64,000 nucleotides of DNA from a virus: positions 1-64,000 of the IMG/VR virus record IMGVR_UViG_3300037184_000121. One strand, written 5' to 3'. The translations under genes and the position numbers were made by a program. Numbering within the stretch: the first letter of the stretch is position 1; every line of letters begins with the position of its first letter. The notes beneath the pieces are model-generated. The model saw only the letters and a list, made by a program, of their open reading frames with translations. It made no database searches and was not told where the DNA came from. Shown piece by piece: positions 10,498 through 19,054 of this stretch.

Positions 10498-10672
10498 TCC
10501 ACTTTGTATTTGTGGGCATCATCAAGGAATTCATCTTATGGATGGTAAGACTAGATGCCTTTGGGAAGAAAATGAATTATCACCTAAATATGATTGGTGT
10601 AGATGTAATAAGTTTAAACAAGATAACCTTAAGTTTTTAGAGATGCACTATGAAAAGAAAACCAAAATTTGA
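10475..10672 (+). CDS. Small CxCGH zinc protein with C-terminal DNLKFLE motif
   Basis: CICGHHQGIH...CRCNKFKQDNLKFLE; paralogous to the 59.5-60.8 kb array. Confidence 0.75.
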   Translation: MSRKIEDNPLCICGHHQGIHLMDGKTRCLWEENELSPKYDWCRCNKFKQDNLKFLEMHYEKKTKI

Positions 10673-10874
10673 CCAAATATTATTTGAATGCCAATATGTG
10701 GCTGCTTTAAAAGCAGTTGACGCTTATTTTAAAAATGAAGTTAAAGCTGAAATTTGGCTGCAGACTAAAAACCCCTTATTGGGAGATGTTTCTCCAGTTC
10801 ATATGATAAAAGTAGGTCGTTTTGACAAGTTGATTCAGTTCATTTACGATAGGATATCCGAGGATAGAGTATAA
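10650..10874 (+). CDS. MbcA/ParS/Xre-type antitoxin C-terminal domain (DUF2384-like)
   Basis: AEIWLQTKNPLLGDVSPVHMI matches the WLxxPNxxLGxxxP pattern. Confidence 0.7.
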   Translation: MKRKPKFDQILFECQYVAALKAVDAYFKNEVKAEIWLQTKNPLLGDVSPVHMIKVGRFDKLIQFIYDRISEDRV

Positions 10875-10893
10875 TATTTCTGCGTATTATAGG
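10868..10893 (+). promoter_or_regulatory. Conserved palindromic element, copy 1 (candidate late promoter/operator)
   Basis: AGTATAATATTTCTGCGTATTATAGG, repeated at 22971. Confidence 0.55.
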
Positions 10894-10901
10894 GGATCTA
10901 C

Positions 10902-11177
10902 ATGTACCAGCAACTTTTAACAAAGATTCTGGGTATTTTTGATATTCCAAGTGGCCCAATTGTTGGGCTTTGGAGTATTGTTATGCTCATTGGTTGTGCT
11001 TACAGCATTTATTACACCAAACAAATTTCTCAACCTGTAGCTATTATTTTTTCAACTATTATTGGTGCTTTTGCTGGTCATAAGATTGTGAATGTTTGGA
11101 AAGGATCGAATAATCAAGATAAGAATATCGATGTTAATGGAGACGATAATGATGATACTGACAAGTCTAGTAAATAA
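10902..11177 (+). CDS. Putative holin (2 TM helices, acidic C-tail)
   Basis: Two hydrophobic segments and a charged C-terminus. Confidence 0.5.
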   Translation: MYQQLLTKILGIFDIPSGPIVGLWSIVMLIGCAYSIYYTKQISQPVAIIFSTIIGAFAGHKIVNVWKGSNNQDKNIDVNGDDNDDTDKSSK

Positions 11178-11706
11178 GATTAAATCGAATTTAAAGCTGT
11201 ATGCGGTTATAGGGCTATCAATCCTTCTAGGGCTATTTGGGTTCAGATGTTGTAGAAAAGTGCAGCAGAAGCAGGATAAACAGGCTACAAACACAGTTCT
11301 ACAGCCTAATCAGGCTGAGAAGATAGTTGTAAACCCTGAAAATCACACAATTGAGATTATAACGCCTAAAAAGACGACTACAACGTATTTGCCAGATAGA
11401 CCTACCCAGATAATTGAGAATAAAGACGGTACAATTACTGTAATAGTGCATAAATTCGGATCTGAAGTGAAGCCCTACATTGGCCTTGGTGGTTCTTTTG
11501 ATGGGACTCCAAGAGTTCATGCTGGTGTTGACGTATTCTACTTTCATAGACTAGATTTAGGTGTAGGTGTCAATACAAATCCAGTGGAATTAAAAGATGT
11601 TCGTGCAAACTTGAGTTTGAGCTATAATTTTTACTCAAATACGAGTGTAGCAGTTAGCATTGATAATCAGCGTGTCCCAGGTCTGTTCCTTAAACTTCGT
11701 TTCTAA
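11149..11706 (+). CDS. Membrane-anchored protein with C-terminal amphipathic beta-strands (possible spanin-like)
   Basis: GGAG RBS before ATG 11149; N-terminal TM; ends GLFLKLRF; overlaps the holin candidate. Confidence 0.45.
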   Translation: MMILTSLVNKIKSNLKLYAVIGLSILLGLFGFRCCRKVQQKQDKQATNTVLQPNQAEKIVVNPENHTIEIITPKKTTTTYLPDRPTQIIENKDGTITVIVHKFGSEVKPYIGLGGSFDGTPRVHAGVDVFYFHRLDLGVGVNTNPVELKDVRANLSLSYNFYSNTSVAVSIDNQRVPGLFLKLRF

Positions 11707-11746
11707 TTAGATCTAAATCCAAAACCCTGTACAATTGAGGCTCCTT

Positions 11747-12301
11747 ATGGCTTACAATAATTATTTGCCCGATGATGAGTTATATGGTGAATCCAAACTA
11801 AAAGGGATTTACCGTGTATCATTTGATATTCAAGTGAGATCAGACGATGAGCTTTCATTGTCCGATGTCGCTCAGGCTCTTACAGAGGGATTTGGAAGAG
11901 GATTTGGAGAGGATTTCGTAAGTAGCAAGGTTGCCGATCTATCAATAGAGAAAGTTACAAAGAAAGCAGCTAAGGTATTAAAAGTTGGAGATAAGGTCCA
12001 GTTAAAAAGTGACTTGGATTTAAAGGCAGAAATTTATTCTGATGATGGCTATGTATTTATAGGCAATAAAAATGAGATCTCTGAATCAGTTACTACAGAG
12101 CCAGTTAGCATAACTGTATTCGCAGGAAGTATTGGCTATATCAATCGAATTAATAAAGATGGAAGTTTGGAAGTGGCTGATTTGGATAAACCATATGTTA
12201 ATTCCCTTTGGCAGGAAATTGGTCTTGATTCTGTGAATATAGATCTTATCACTGTAAAGGCAGAGCAACTTGAACGAATTGATTCTGAAGAGGTAAAGTA
12301 A
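11747..12301 (+). CDS. Acidic hypothetical protein
   Basis: GAGG RBS before ATG 11747. Confidence 0.65.
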   Translation: MAYNNYLPDDELYGESKLKGIYRVSFDIQVRSDDELSLSDVAQALTEGFGRGFGEDFVSSKVADLSIEKVTKKAAKVLKVGDKVQLKSDLDLKAEIYSDDGYVFIGNKNEISESVTTEPVSITVFAGSIGYINRINKDGSLEVADLDKPYVNSLWQEIGLDSVNIDLITVKAEQLERIDSEEVK

Positions 12302-12303
12302 CC

Positions 12304-13470
12304 ATGCCATTAAATCTCCCTACAACACCTAGTATCTCAGGCGTTACTCCTACCCAGGCTCTAATTACTAAGGGTGCTGACAGTAATCCCTCTTCAACGT
12401 ATTATTGTTTTCAGCTCACTTACAATATTAACCTATCAACTGAAGTAAAATATCTTCAGTTCGATGGAACATTTAGCGATATTCCCACATGGTTGAATGT
12501 CACTAGCCTTCTCGCAGTATCTCTTGTTCCAAATACTTTATTTAGTGTACGCCTATCAGCTGCAACAGATGCTATCGGGACTGGTGCTACAGGTTTTGGT
12601 CCACCAGCTACTTTTCCAACTGCTGCTTCTCAACCTTTATACCAACCTTATAGTGCTGTGTACGCAACGATGGCTACTATAAATTGGCTCCCCAATTATA
12701 ATAATGATGGGACACAGTACTCAGTACAGTATTCTACTGATCCTTCATTTACTTTTAATGTTATTACGACACCCTGGGCAACTGGTAATTCTTTTATAGC
12801 CCCAAATCTTCTTCCCAATACCGTTTACTATAGTCGTGTTCAGGCTCGTAATAGTGTTCTCGCTGTGACTCCTTTCACAACTTTAGGTTCTGTAACGACT
12901 CCTGCAGGTCCTGCAGTAGTTCAAGGTATTCGTTCAACCAATCTTTTAGCCAATAGAGGCTTTATTATTCAGTGGGCAGCAAATGTAGAGCCTAATATTT
13001 TTGTTTATAGAGTATATCGCAGCAGCTCCCCTACAGACAATAGTAGCTTTTACATGATTGGAACTACTCCAGCTAACGTCACATCTTTTGTTGATAATGT
13101 CCCTTATACCTTTGGCATTACATGGTATTATAAAGTTACTGCTCTAGATACTGGAAATAATGAGAGTGCTCTAAATTTGACAAGTCCTGTTCAGGATATG
13201 TCTTTCTCTCAGTTCGTTGAACAGCCCTTTCCAACTACTGTTGAAGTAAATGACTTAGTTAATGATGAGATTCCTAGTGGTGTACTTGATGGGTCTAACA
13301 CACTTTTTACCACATCATATCCATTTAAAGGCAGCACTCTTTCCGTATACCTTAATGGAGTAAAGTTGATGAATGGTGTAGATTTTACTCTTAATATCCC
13401 TCAGCAATTTACGTTGGTAGAAGGTCCGTTGTCAACGGATTTCTTGCGAGTTAGCTACTTAAAATTTTAA
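12304..13470 (+). CDS. Virion protein with fibronectin type III domains
   Basis: LLPNTVYYSRVQARN, YRVYRS, YYKVTALDTGNNES; N-terminal domain paralogous to 8475..9293. Confidence 0.8.
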   Translation: MPLNLPTTPSISGVTPTQALITKGADSNPSSTYYCFQLTYNINLSTEVKYLQFDGTFSDIPTWLNVTSLLAVSLVPNTLFSVRLSAATDAIGTGATGFGPPATFPTAASQPLYQPYSAVYATMATINWLPNYNNDGTQYSVQYSTDPSFTFNVITTPWATGNSFIAPNLLPNTVYYSRVQARNSVLAVTPFTTLGSVTTPAGPAVVQGIRSTNLLANRGFIIQWAANVEPNIFVYRVYRSSSPTDNSSFYMIGTTPANVTSFVDNVPYTFGITWYYKVTALDTGNNESALNLTSPVQDMSFSQFVEQPFPTTVEVNDLVNDEIPSGVLDGSNTLFTTSYPFKGSTLSVYLNGVKLMNGVDFTLNIPQQFTLVEGPLSTDFLRVSYLKF

Positions 13471-13483
13471 AATAAGGAAATTT

Positions 13484-14254
13484 ATGGTGCCCTTGAATTT
13501 TAAACATATTAATGCCGAAGAGCAGATATTTGATGGCTCTATTACTTCACCTCTTTTTGCACAAGGAGCTGTTACTGTTCAAGCAATGGACATTAATGGG
13601 GATCTTACTTTTCACGATTATCAAGCTTTAGATTTTAGAGTAGAGAATGTAACTTCTAGTACAATTCCTGCCCCAGGTAATATAGGACGAGTTGTTTATA
13701 ATACAACAACAGGTCAATTTCTTATTGATAATGGTACGGCCTTTGTTCCTATTACGGCAACGGCTGGAGTTTCTACCCTAAATACTTTAGTGGGCGCAGT
13801 TACCTTAGCTGCAGGAAGTAACATCACAATTACTCCTTCAGGAAATACCCTTACAATTGCTTCTACTGGCAGCGGATCTGGAATTACAGCCTTAACAGGA
13901 GATGCAACAGCTACAGGCCCAGGAAGTGCAGCATTAACGTTAGCCACAGTTAATAGCAATGTTGGCTCTTATACAAATGCCAATATCACTGTAAATGCAA
14001 AGGGCTTAATTACTGCAGCTTCAAATGGCTCCAATAATCCAAGTTATCAACAAGATTTATTTCCATGGATTGGTAGTAACGTATTTACTTTAACATTTGC
14101 ACCAATTTCTAATAGCCAGATTGTTTTGTTCAACGGGCTAGGGTTAGTATCTGGCTCAAGCTATGATTACACATTAATTGGAACAACATTAACATTGAAT
14201 GCAGGAATAATTTTAAAAGCTGGAGATCAGATTTTAGTAGTTTACGCACATTAA
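13484..14254 (+). CDS. Fibre-like virion protein
   Basis: ALTGDAT...TVNSNVGSYT...ITVNAKGLITAAS repeat; C-terminal NG..DYT domain. Confidence 0.7.
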   Translation: MVPLNFKHINAEEQIFDGSITSPLFAQGAVTVQAMDINGDLTFHDYQALDFRVENVTSSTIPAPGNIGRVVYNTTTGQFLIDNGTAFVPITATAGVSTLNTLVGAVTLAAGSNITITPSGNTLTIASTGSGSGITALTGDATATGPGSAALTLATVNSNVGSYTNANITVNAKGLITAASNGSNNPSYQQDLFPWIGSNVFTLTFAPISNSQIVLFNGLGLVSGSSYDYTLIGTTLTLNAGIILKAGDQILVVYAH

Positions 14255-14324
14255 TAGACTAGAGTATTAGGATTAGGACTTTAGTAAAAGATTTGAAAAA
14301 TTTAATATTACAAGGAGAAATCAT

Positions 14325-16139
14325 ATGTCACTTACACAGATTGATAGAGATTCACAAATAAAACCAGGAACAGCTTATGATTGGGTAACTAATGATAGCA
14401 CAGGTAAAATGTCACAAACAGCGGTTTCACCTAACAGTGCTGTTGCTACAGATGCTAATGGTTTGCCAATTGCTAGTACGACAACTGCTACAGAACTTAG
14501 TTATGTTCATGGTGTAACCTCGGCTATTCAAACACAATTAGGTTTACTTGCCCCTCTTGCAAATCCTACATTTACTGGGACAGTATCTGTTACCACATTA
14601 AATCTTACTAATCCTTTAGCAGTAATTTATGGTGGAACAGGTACGACTACAAGCACAGGCACTGGATCAGTTGTTCTGTCTAATAGTCCTACATTAGTTA
14701 CCCCTGCTCTTGGTACACCTGCTTCTGGTGTTCTGACCAATGTAACGGGATTACCACTTACGACTGGCGTTACAGGAATATTGCCTGTAGTAAATGGTGG
14801 GACTGGACTTGCTGCTCTTACAGCGCATGATATTTTGGTCGGTGCTGGAACTTCAAATGTAACATTAGTTAGTCCAAGTACAGCAGGATATGTTCTTACT
14901 TCTAATGGTACTTCTGCTGATCCTACTTTTCAAGCTCCTACCTTCAGTGGTACTGTAACTAGTGTAGCTTTGGCAGATGGAAGCACAACTCCCATCTATG
15001 CAATTACTAATAGCCCAGTAACAAGTACTGGAACATTGACTTTTACTCTTAATACTGAATTAGCAAATAAAGTGTTTGCTGGTCCTACTACAGGAAGTGC
15101 TGCTCAACCTACATTTAGATCTCTAGTTATAGCCGATCTGTCATTTGCGGGTTCTGCCCTTGGGGTAGCAACACTTGATGCAGGTGGGAAAGTTCCATTG
15201 AGTGAGTTGCCTTCTACAATTATGTTGTATCAAGGTACTTGGGACCCAACTACTAATACACCTACTTTAGTTGATGGCACTGGTGTGACAGGGGATGTTT
15301 ATTGGGTTTCAGCTGCTTTCGCTGGACCTATTGCAGGTTTATCTAATGCTTCAATGCATAATTTCCAGATTGGTGACATTGTAATATACAATGGTGCTCA
15401 ATGGGAACTTACTACTCCTGCAGCTGGTGTTCAATCCGTTAATGGTTCTCAAGGTGTTGTTACGGTTAATGCCATTAATCAATTAACTGGTGATGTTACA
15501 ACTTCTGCTGCTTCTGGTTCACAGTCTGAAGCTGCAACTCTTGCTACAGTAAATAGCAATGTTGGTTCTTATACGTATGCTTCTATAACTGTAAATGGTA
15601 AAGGATTAATCACAGCAGCATCAAGTGGAACTGCTCCAGTAGTTTATACAGCTGGAACAGGTCTTACATTAACAGGTTCTGCATTCAGTTTAACAAATCC
15701 AGTAACAGTAGCTTTAGGTGGGACTGGACTTGCTGCTCTTACAGCGCATAATGTAATGCTCGGTGAAGGTACATCCAATGTCGCTTTTGCTGCTCCAGGC
15801 ACAGCTGGTAATTTGTTTTTATCGCAAGGTGCTTCTGCAGATCCTGCATTTGAAACAATGTCGGGTGATGCTACAATCACTAGTGCTGGTGTAGTGTCTA
15901 TTAGTGGTGGTTTGACATCACACTTCGTTACTCGTGAAGTTCCTAGTGGAACAATTAATGGCAGCAATGTAACATTTACTCTTGCACATACCCCAATAGC
16001 TGGAACAGAATGTATATACTTGAATGGTCTGCTTCAAAATGTTGGCGGTGGGAATGATTATACTATTTCTGGAGCTACAATTACGTTTGTTGCTGCCCCT
16101 GAAACAGGTAGCGTTATTCTTGTGAATTATCAGAGGTAA
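14325..16139 (+). CDS. Fibre-like virion protein
   Basis: GGTG repeats, LDAGGKVP, YQGTWD, and C-terminal EVPSGTINGSN..YLNG..DYT domain. Confidence 0.75.
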   Translation: MSLTQIDRDSQIKPGTAYDWVTNDSTGKMSQTAVSPNSAVATDANGLPIASTTTATELSYVHGVTSAIQTQLGLLAPLANPTFTGTVSVTTLNLTNPLAVIYGGTGTTTSTGTGSVVLSNSPTLVTPALGTPASGVLTNVTGLPLTTGVTGILPVVNGGTGLAALTAHDILVGAGTSNVTLVSPSTAGYVLTSNGTSADPTFQAPTFSGTVTSVALADGSTTPIYAITNSPVTSTGTLTFTLNTELANKVFAGPTTGSAAQPTFRSLVIADLSFAGSALGVATLDAGGKVPLSELPSTIMLYQGTWDPTTNTPTLVDGTGVTGDVYWVSAAFAGPIAGLSNASMHNFQIGDIVIYNGAQWELTTPAAGVQSVNGSQGVVTVNAINQLTGDVTTSAASGSQSEAATLATVNSNVGSYTYASITVNGKGLITAASSGTAPVVYTAGTGLTLTGSAFSLTNPVTVALGGTGLAALTAHNVMLGEGTSNVAFAAPGTAGNLFLSQGASADPAFETMSGDATITSAGVVSISGGLTSHFVTREVPSGTINGSNVTFTLAHTPIAGTECIYLNGLLQNVGGGNDYTISGATITFVAAPETGSVILVNYQR

Positions 16140-16159
16140 GTAAAAGTTTGTTATCACAT

Positions 16160-16190
16160 AGAGAGGGTCAGCAATGGCCCTCTTTAGTGT
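16160..16190 (+). terminator. Rho-independent terminator-like hairpin
   Basis: GAGGGTCA-GCAA-TGGCCCTC followed by TTT. Confidence 0.65.
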
Positions 16191-16207
16191 GCTAATAAAA
16201 ATAGTGG

Positions 16208-16236
16208 TTGTAGATCTATAAAAGATAGGATATACT
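16208..16236 (+). promoter_or_regulatory. Possible sigma70 promoter
   Basis: TTGTAG-17 nt-TATACT. Confidence 0.45.
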
Positions 16237-16280
16237 TAAAATGAGAGCAGTTTATACTAACTAATAGGAGAGATAAGATC

Positions 16281-16547
16281 ATGAGTATTGAGAATGAAGT
16301 GAAAGCTGTTGAGGCTGAAGTTGTTAAGGCTGCTGATGAGGTTAAGGAAGTAGTTGTTAGTGAGGCTGAGAAGATTACGGCTTCTATCCTGGCTCAGAAA
16401 GCAAATTTTCAAACACAGCTTGACAATGTTAAAAAAGAAATGACAAAACTTCAGCAGGATTTTGAACTGAAGAAAAACTTAGGAGTTAAGCTTGAAGGTG
16501 CTTTGGAATCCTTGGAACTGCTTCTAAAAAGTCTCGTATCAAAGTAA
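16281..16547 (+). CDS. Small acidic coiled-coil protein
   Basis: GGAG RBS; EVKAVEAEVVKA-type repeats followed by heptads. Confidence 0.75.
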   Translation: MSIENEVKAVEAEVVKAADEVKEVVVSEAEKITASILAQKANFQTQLDNVKKEMTKLQQDFELKKNLGVKLEGALESLELLLKSLVSK

Positions 16548-16585
16548 ATCCTTGTAGTTTAATTTTGTACTAATTAAAAATAATA

Positions 16586-16612
16586 CTTCCCCCTACGGGG
16601 GAGGTTTGTGTT
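16586..16612 (+). terminator. Rho-independent terminator-like hairpin
   Basis: CTTCCCCC-TACG-GGGGAGG followed by TTTGTGTT. Confidence 0.65.
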
Positions 16613-16629
16613 GTATTTTAGGAGTCCCT

Positions 16630-17949
16630 ATGTCCGAAACCGAAATCCAAGCTGATCAAATAAAACCAGGAACAGCTTATGAATTACTAGGTACTAATTC
16701 TGCTGCCACTAAGACCATTTATTTGTCTCTTGTTGGTACTAGTAATGAGGTTACTGTTACTAAGTCAGTGGCTACTATAACTTTGAGTACACCATTAACA
16801 TCTGCTATAGCCTACACATTACCCTCTACACGAGGTACAAGCGGGTATTTCTTACAGACAGATGGTAGTACTGCTGCCTTAGTTTGGGCTCCTAGTACAG
16901 GGGCTCCAGGTGGTTCTACTAGTGATGTTCAGTTTAATAATGGCGGGGTTTTTGGTGGGGATAGTAATTTAACATATTCTAGTGGTATTTTAACATTAGG
17001 AAAAGCTCCCGTTTTACCTACTTCTTCATTTTCAGCCAGTGGAGGCACTATTACGCCAGATGCTAGATTGGAGACTGTTGTAATAGTGACGGTTGATGCC
17101 ACTTGTACAATAAATGGACCCACTAATCCTTATAGTGGACAGAAGATTACTTTTGCTTTGGAACAGGATAGTACTGGGCATTCCGTTACCTTTTCTACAG
17201 GTTCTGGAAATTTTCGATTTGGTACAGACATACCTTCATTTACAGCTTCAGGAGCCAATGGCACCGACTATGTTAATGCCATTTGGGATAGTAATGCTTC
17301 TGTTTGGGATATTGTAAGTGTTTCTAAAGGATTCTCCAATGCTGCACCCTCCGTTATAGTACTTGTTAACACAACACATGCTTATTCAACTGGCTTTACT
17401 TGTCCTATTCCTGTTTCTACAACATCTGCAGGAAATTTACTCATAATTGGAATTTCTGACGAAGGTGTAGGTTCACTAGTTTCGAGCGTGACTGATGATG
17501 CCAGTAATACCTATGTTCAAGTTCCTGGTGCTTATACTGCTGGTGGAATGATGTCAGATATTTGGTATTGTGAGAATTGTAACGCTGGGGCAACAGTAAT
17601 TACTGTTAACTTTGCAACTTCGGCTGCAGTACCAATTTGTTCTGCTTCTGAGTATTCAGGAGTCAAATTATCAGGAAGTTTTGATACTGCAAATCATATT
17701 CAAGGTGGAAGTGTAAGTCCTTCAATTACCCCTTCTACTCCAGGAGAACTTTTGTTTGTTACAGCAGGGTCATCTGATGCTTTTCTATCAGCCATGACTG
17801 GTGCATGGGTCGTTGATGGGTATGAACCAACTGTTGATGGGTATATTTGGGGGCATTATATTAATCCCCCATTAAGTGTCCAATCCACAACCTTTACTCC
17901 TTCTGTTTCTAATATGGCTTCATCTGTTGCATCATTCTTACCTGCATGA
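16630..17949 (+). CDS. Fibre/receptor-binding-like virion protein (paralog A)
   Basis: GGAG RBS before ATG 16630; LPSTRGTSGYFLQTDG, VQFNNGGVFGGD, QDSTGH domain, AGNLLII/VTD..NTY domain. Confidence 0.7.
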   Translation: MSETEIQADQIKPGTAYELLGTNSAATKTIYLSLVGTSNEVTVTKSVATITLSTPLTSAIAYTLPSTRGTSGYFLQTDGSTAALVWAPSTGAPGGSTSDVQFNNGGVFGGDSNLTYSSGILTLGKAPVLPTSSFSASGGTITPDARLETVVIVTVDATCTINGPTNPYSGQKITFALEQDSTGHSVTFSTGSGNFRFGTDIPSFTASGANGTDYVNAIWDSNASVWDIVSVSKGFSNAAPSVIVLVNTTHAYSTGFTCPIPVSTTSAGNLLIIGISDEGVGSLVSSVTDDASNTYVQVPGAYTAGGMMSDIWYCENCNAGATVITVNFATSAAVPICSASEYSGVKLSGSFDTANHIQGGSVSPSITPSTPGELLFVTAGSSDAFLSAMTGAWVVDGYEPTVDGYIWGHYINPPLSVQSTTFTPSVSNMASSVASFLPA

Positions 17950-19054
17950 GTCGAAGGCTTCATTTGACTTGATGATCCGTCAGTAAAATTTTAACTCAGA
18001 ATAGTTTTACAAGGAAATAATTATGGGAAATCTCTTTAGTGTAAATGGAACGACAGGTAGTATAGTAACAGCTGGATCAATCACTTCTGCTGGTGTTCCA
18101 ATTTTGCCAGCTCATCCATTTTTAGCTAGTGGGGGAACTATTACACCAGATGCTACTATTACTAATACAGTATTTGTTACAGTTGATGCTGCTGCAACAA
18201 TTAATGGCCCAACAGGTGGATATGATGGACAAAAGATAACATTTAGATTAGCCCAGGATAGTACGGGCCATGCAGTTACTTTTTCAACAGGATCTGGTAA
18301 TTTTCGATTTGGTGCTGATATACCTTCATTTACGGCTTCAAGAGCTTATGGCACAGACTATGTAGGAGTTATCTGGAATAATAATGATTCTGTTTGGGAT
18401 ATTGTAAGTGTTATTCAAGGATTTTCTGCAGCCCCACCACCCGCAATCATAGCACTTGTAAATACTACACATGCTTATGCGACTGCTAGTACTACTTGTC
18501 CTATTCCAGTTTCGACAACATCTGCAGGTAATTTACTTGTTATTGGAATTTCTCAATCAAGTAGTGGAGCCTTCGTATCCAGCGTAACAGATAATGCTAC
18601 TATTACTAACACCTATGTTCAAGCTCCTGGTGCTTATACTTCTGGTGCACTGATGTCAGATATTTGGTATTGTGAAAATTGTCACTCTGGGGCAACAGTA
18701 ATTACTGTTAACTTTGCAAGTCCATCCTCAACACCTGTTTGTTCCGCTTCCGAATATTCTGGTGTTCTTACATCAGGAAGTTTTGATACTGCAAATCATA
18801 TTCAAGGTGGAAGTGTAAGTCCTTCAATTACCCCTTCTACTGCAGGAGAACTTTTGTTTGTTACAGCAGGGTCATCCGATGCCTTTCTATCAGCCATGAC
18901 TGGTGCATGGGTCGTTGATGGATATGAACCAACTGATGATGGGTATATTTGGGGGCATTATATTAATCCCCCATTAAGTGTCCAATCCACAACCTTTACT
19001 CCTTCTGTTTCTAATATGGCTTCATCTGTTGCATCATTCTTACCTGCATGAGTC
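17670..19054 (+). repeat. 283-nt near-identical direct repeat (17670-17952 and 18772-19054)
   Basis: 5 substitutions counted by eye; includes the stop codons and the following ATGAGTC. Confidence 0.95.
18023..19051 (+). CDS. Fibre/receptor-binding-like virion protein (paralog B)
   Basis: Colinear with the C-terminal two domains of 16630..17949. Confidence 0.7.
   Translation: MGNLFSVNGTTGSIVTAGSITSAGVPILPAHPFLASGGTITPDATITNTVFVTVDAAATINGPTGGYDGQKITFRLAQDSTGHAVTFSTGSGNFRFGADIPSFTASRAYGTDYVGVIWNNNDSVWDIVSVIQGFSAAPPPAIIALVNTTHAYATASTTCPIPVSTTSAGNLLVIGISQSSSGAFVSSVTDNATITNTYVQAPGAYTSGALMSDIWYCENCHSGATVITVNFASPSSTPVCSASEYSGVLTSGSFDTANHIQGGSVSPSITPSTAGELLFVTAGSSDAFLSAMTGAWVVDGYEPTDDGYIWGHYINPPLSVQSTTFTPSVSNMASSVASFLPA

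Noticed and set aside
17670-19054. Diversity-generating retroelement TR/VR pair
   Set aside because: The 5 differences are C/G, T/C, T/C, G/A and T/A, so not adenine-specific; both copies are coding and no reverse transcriptase is in the window
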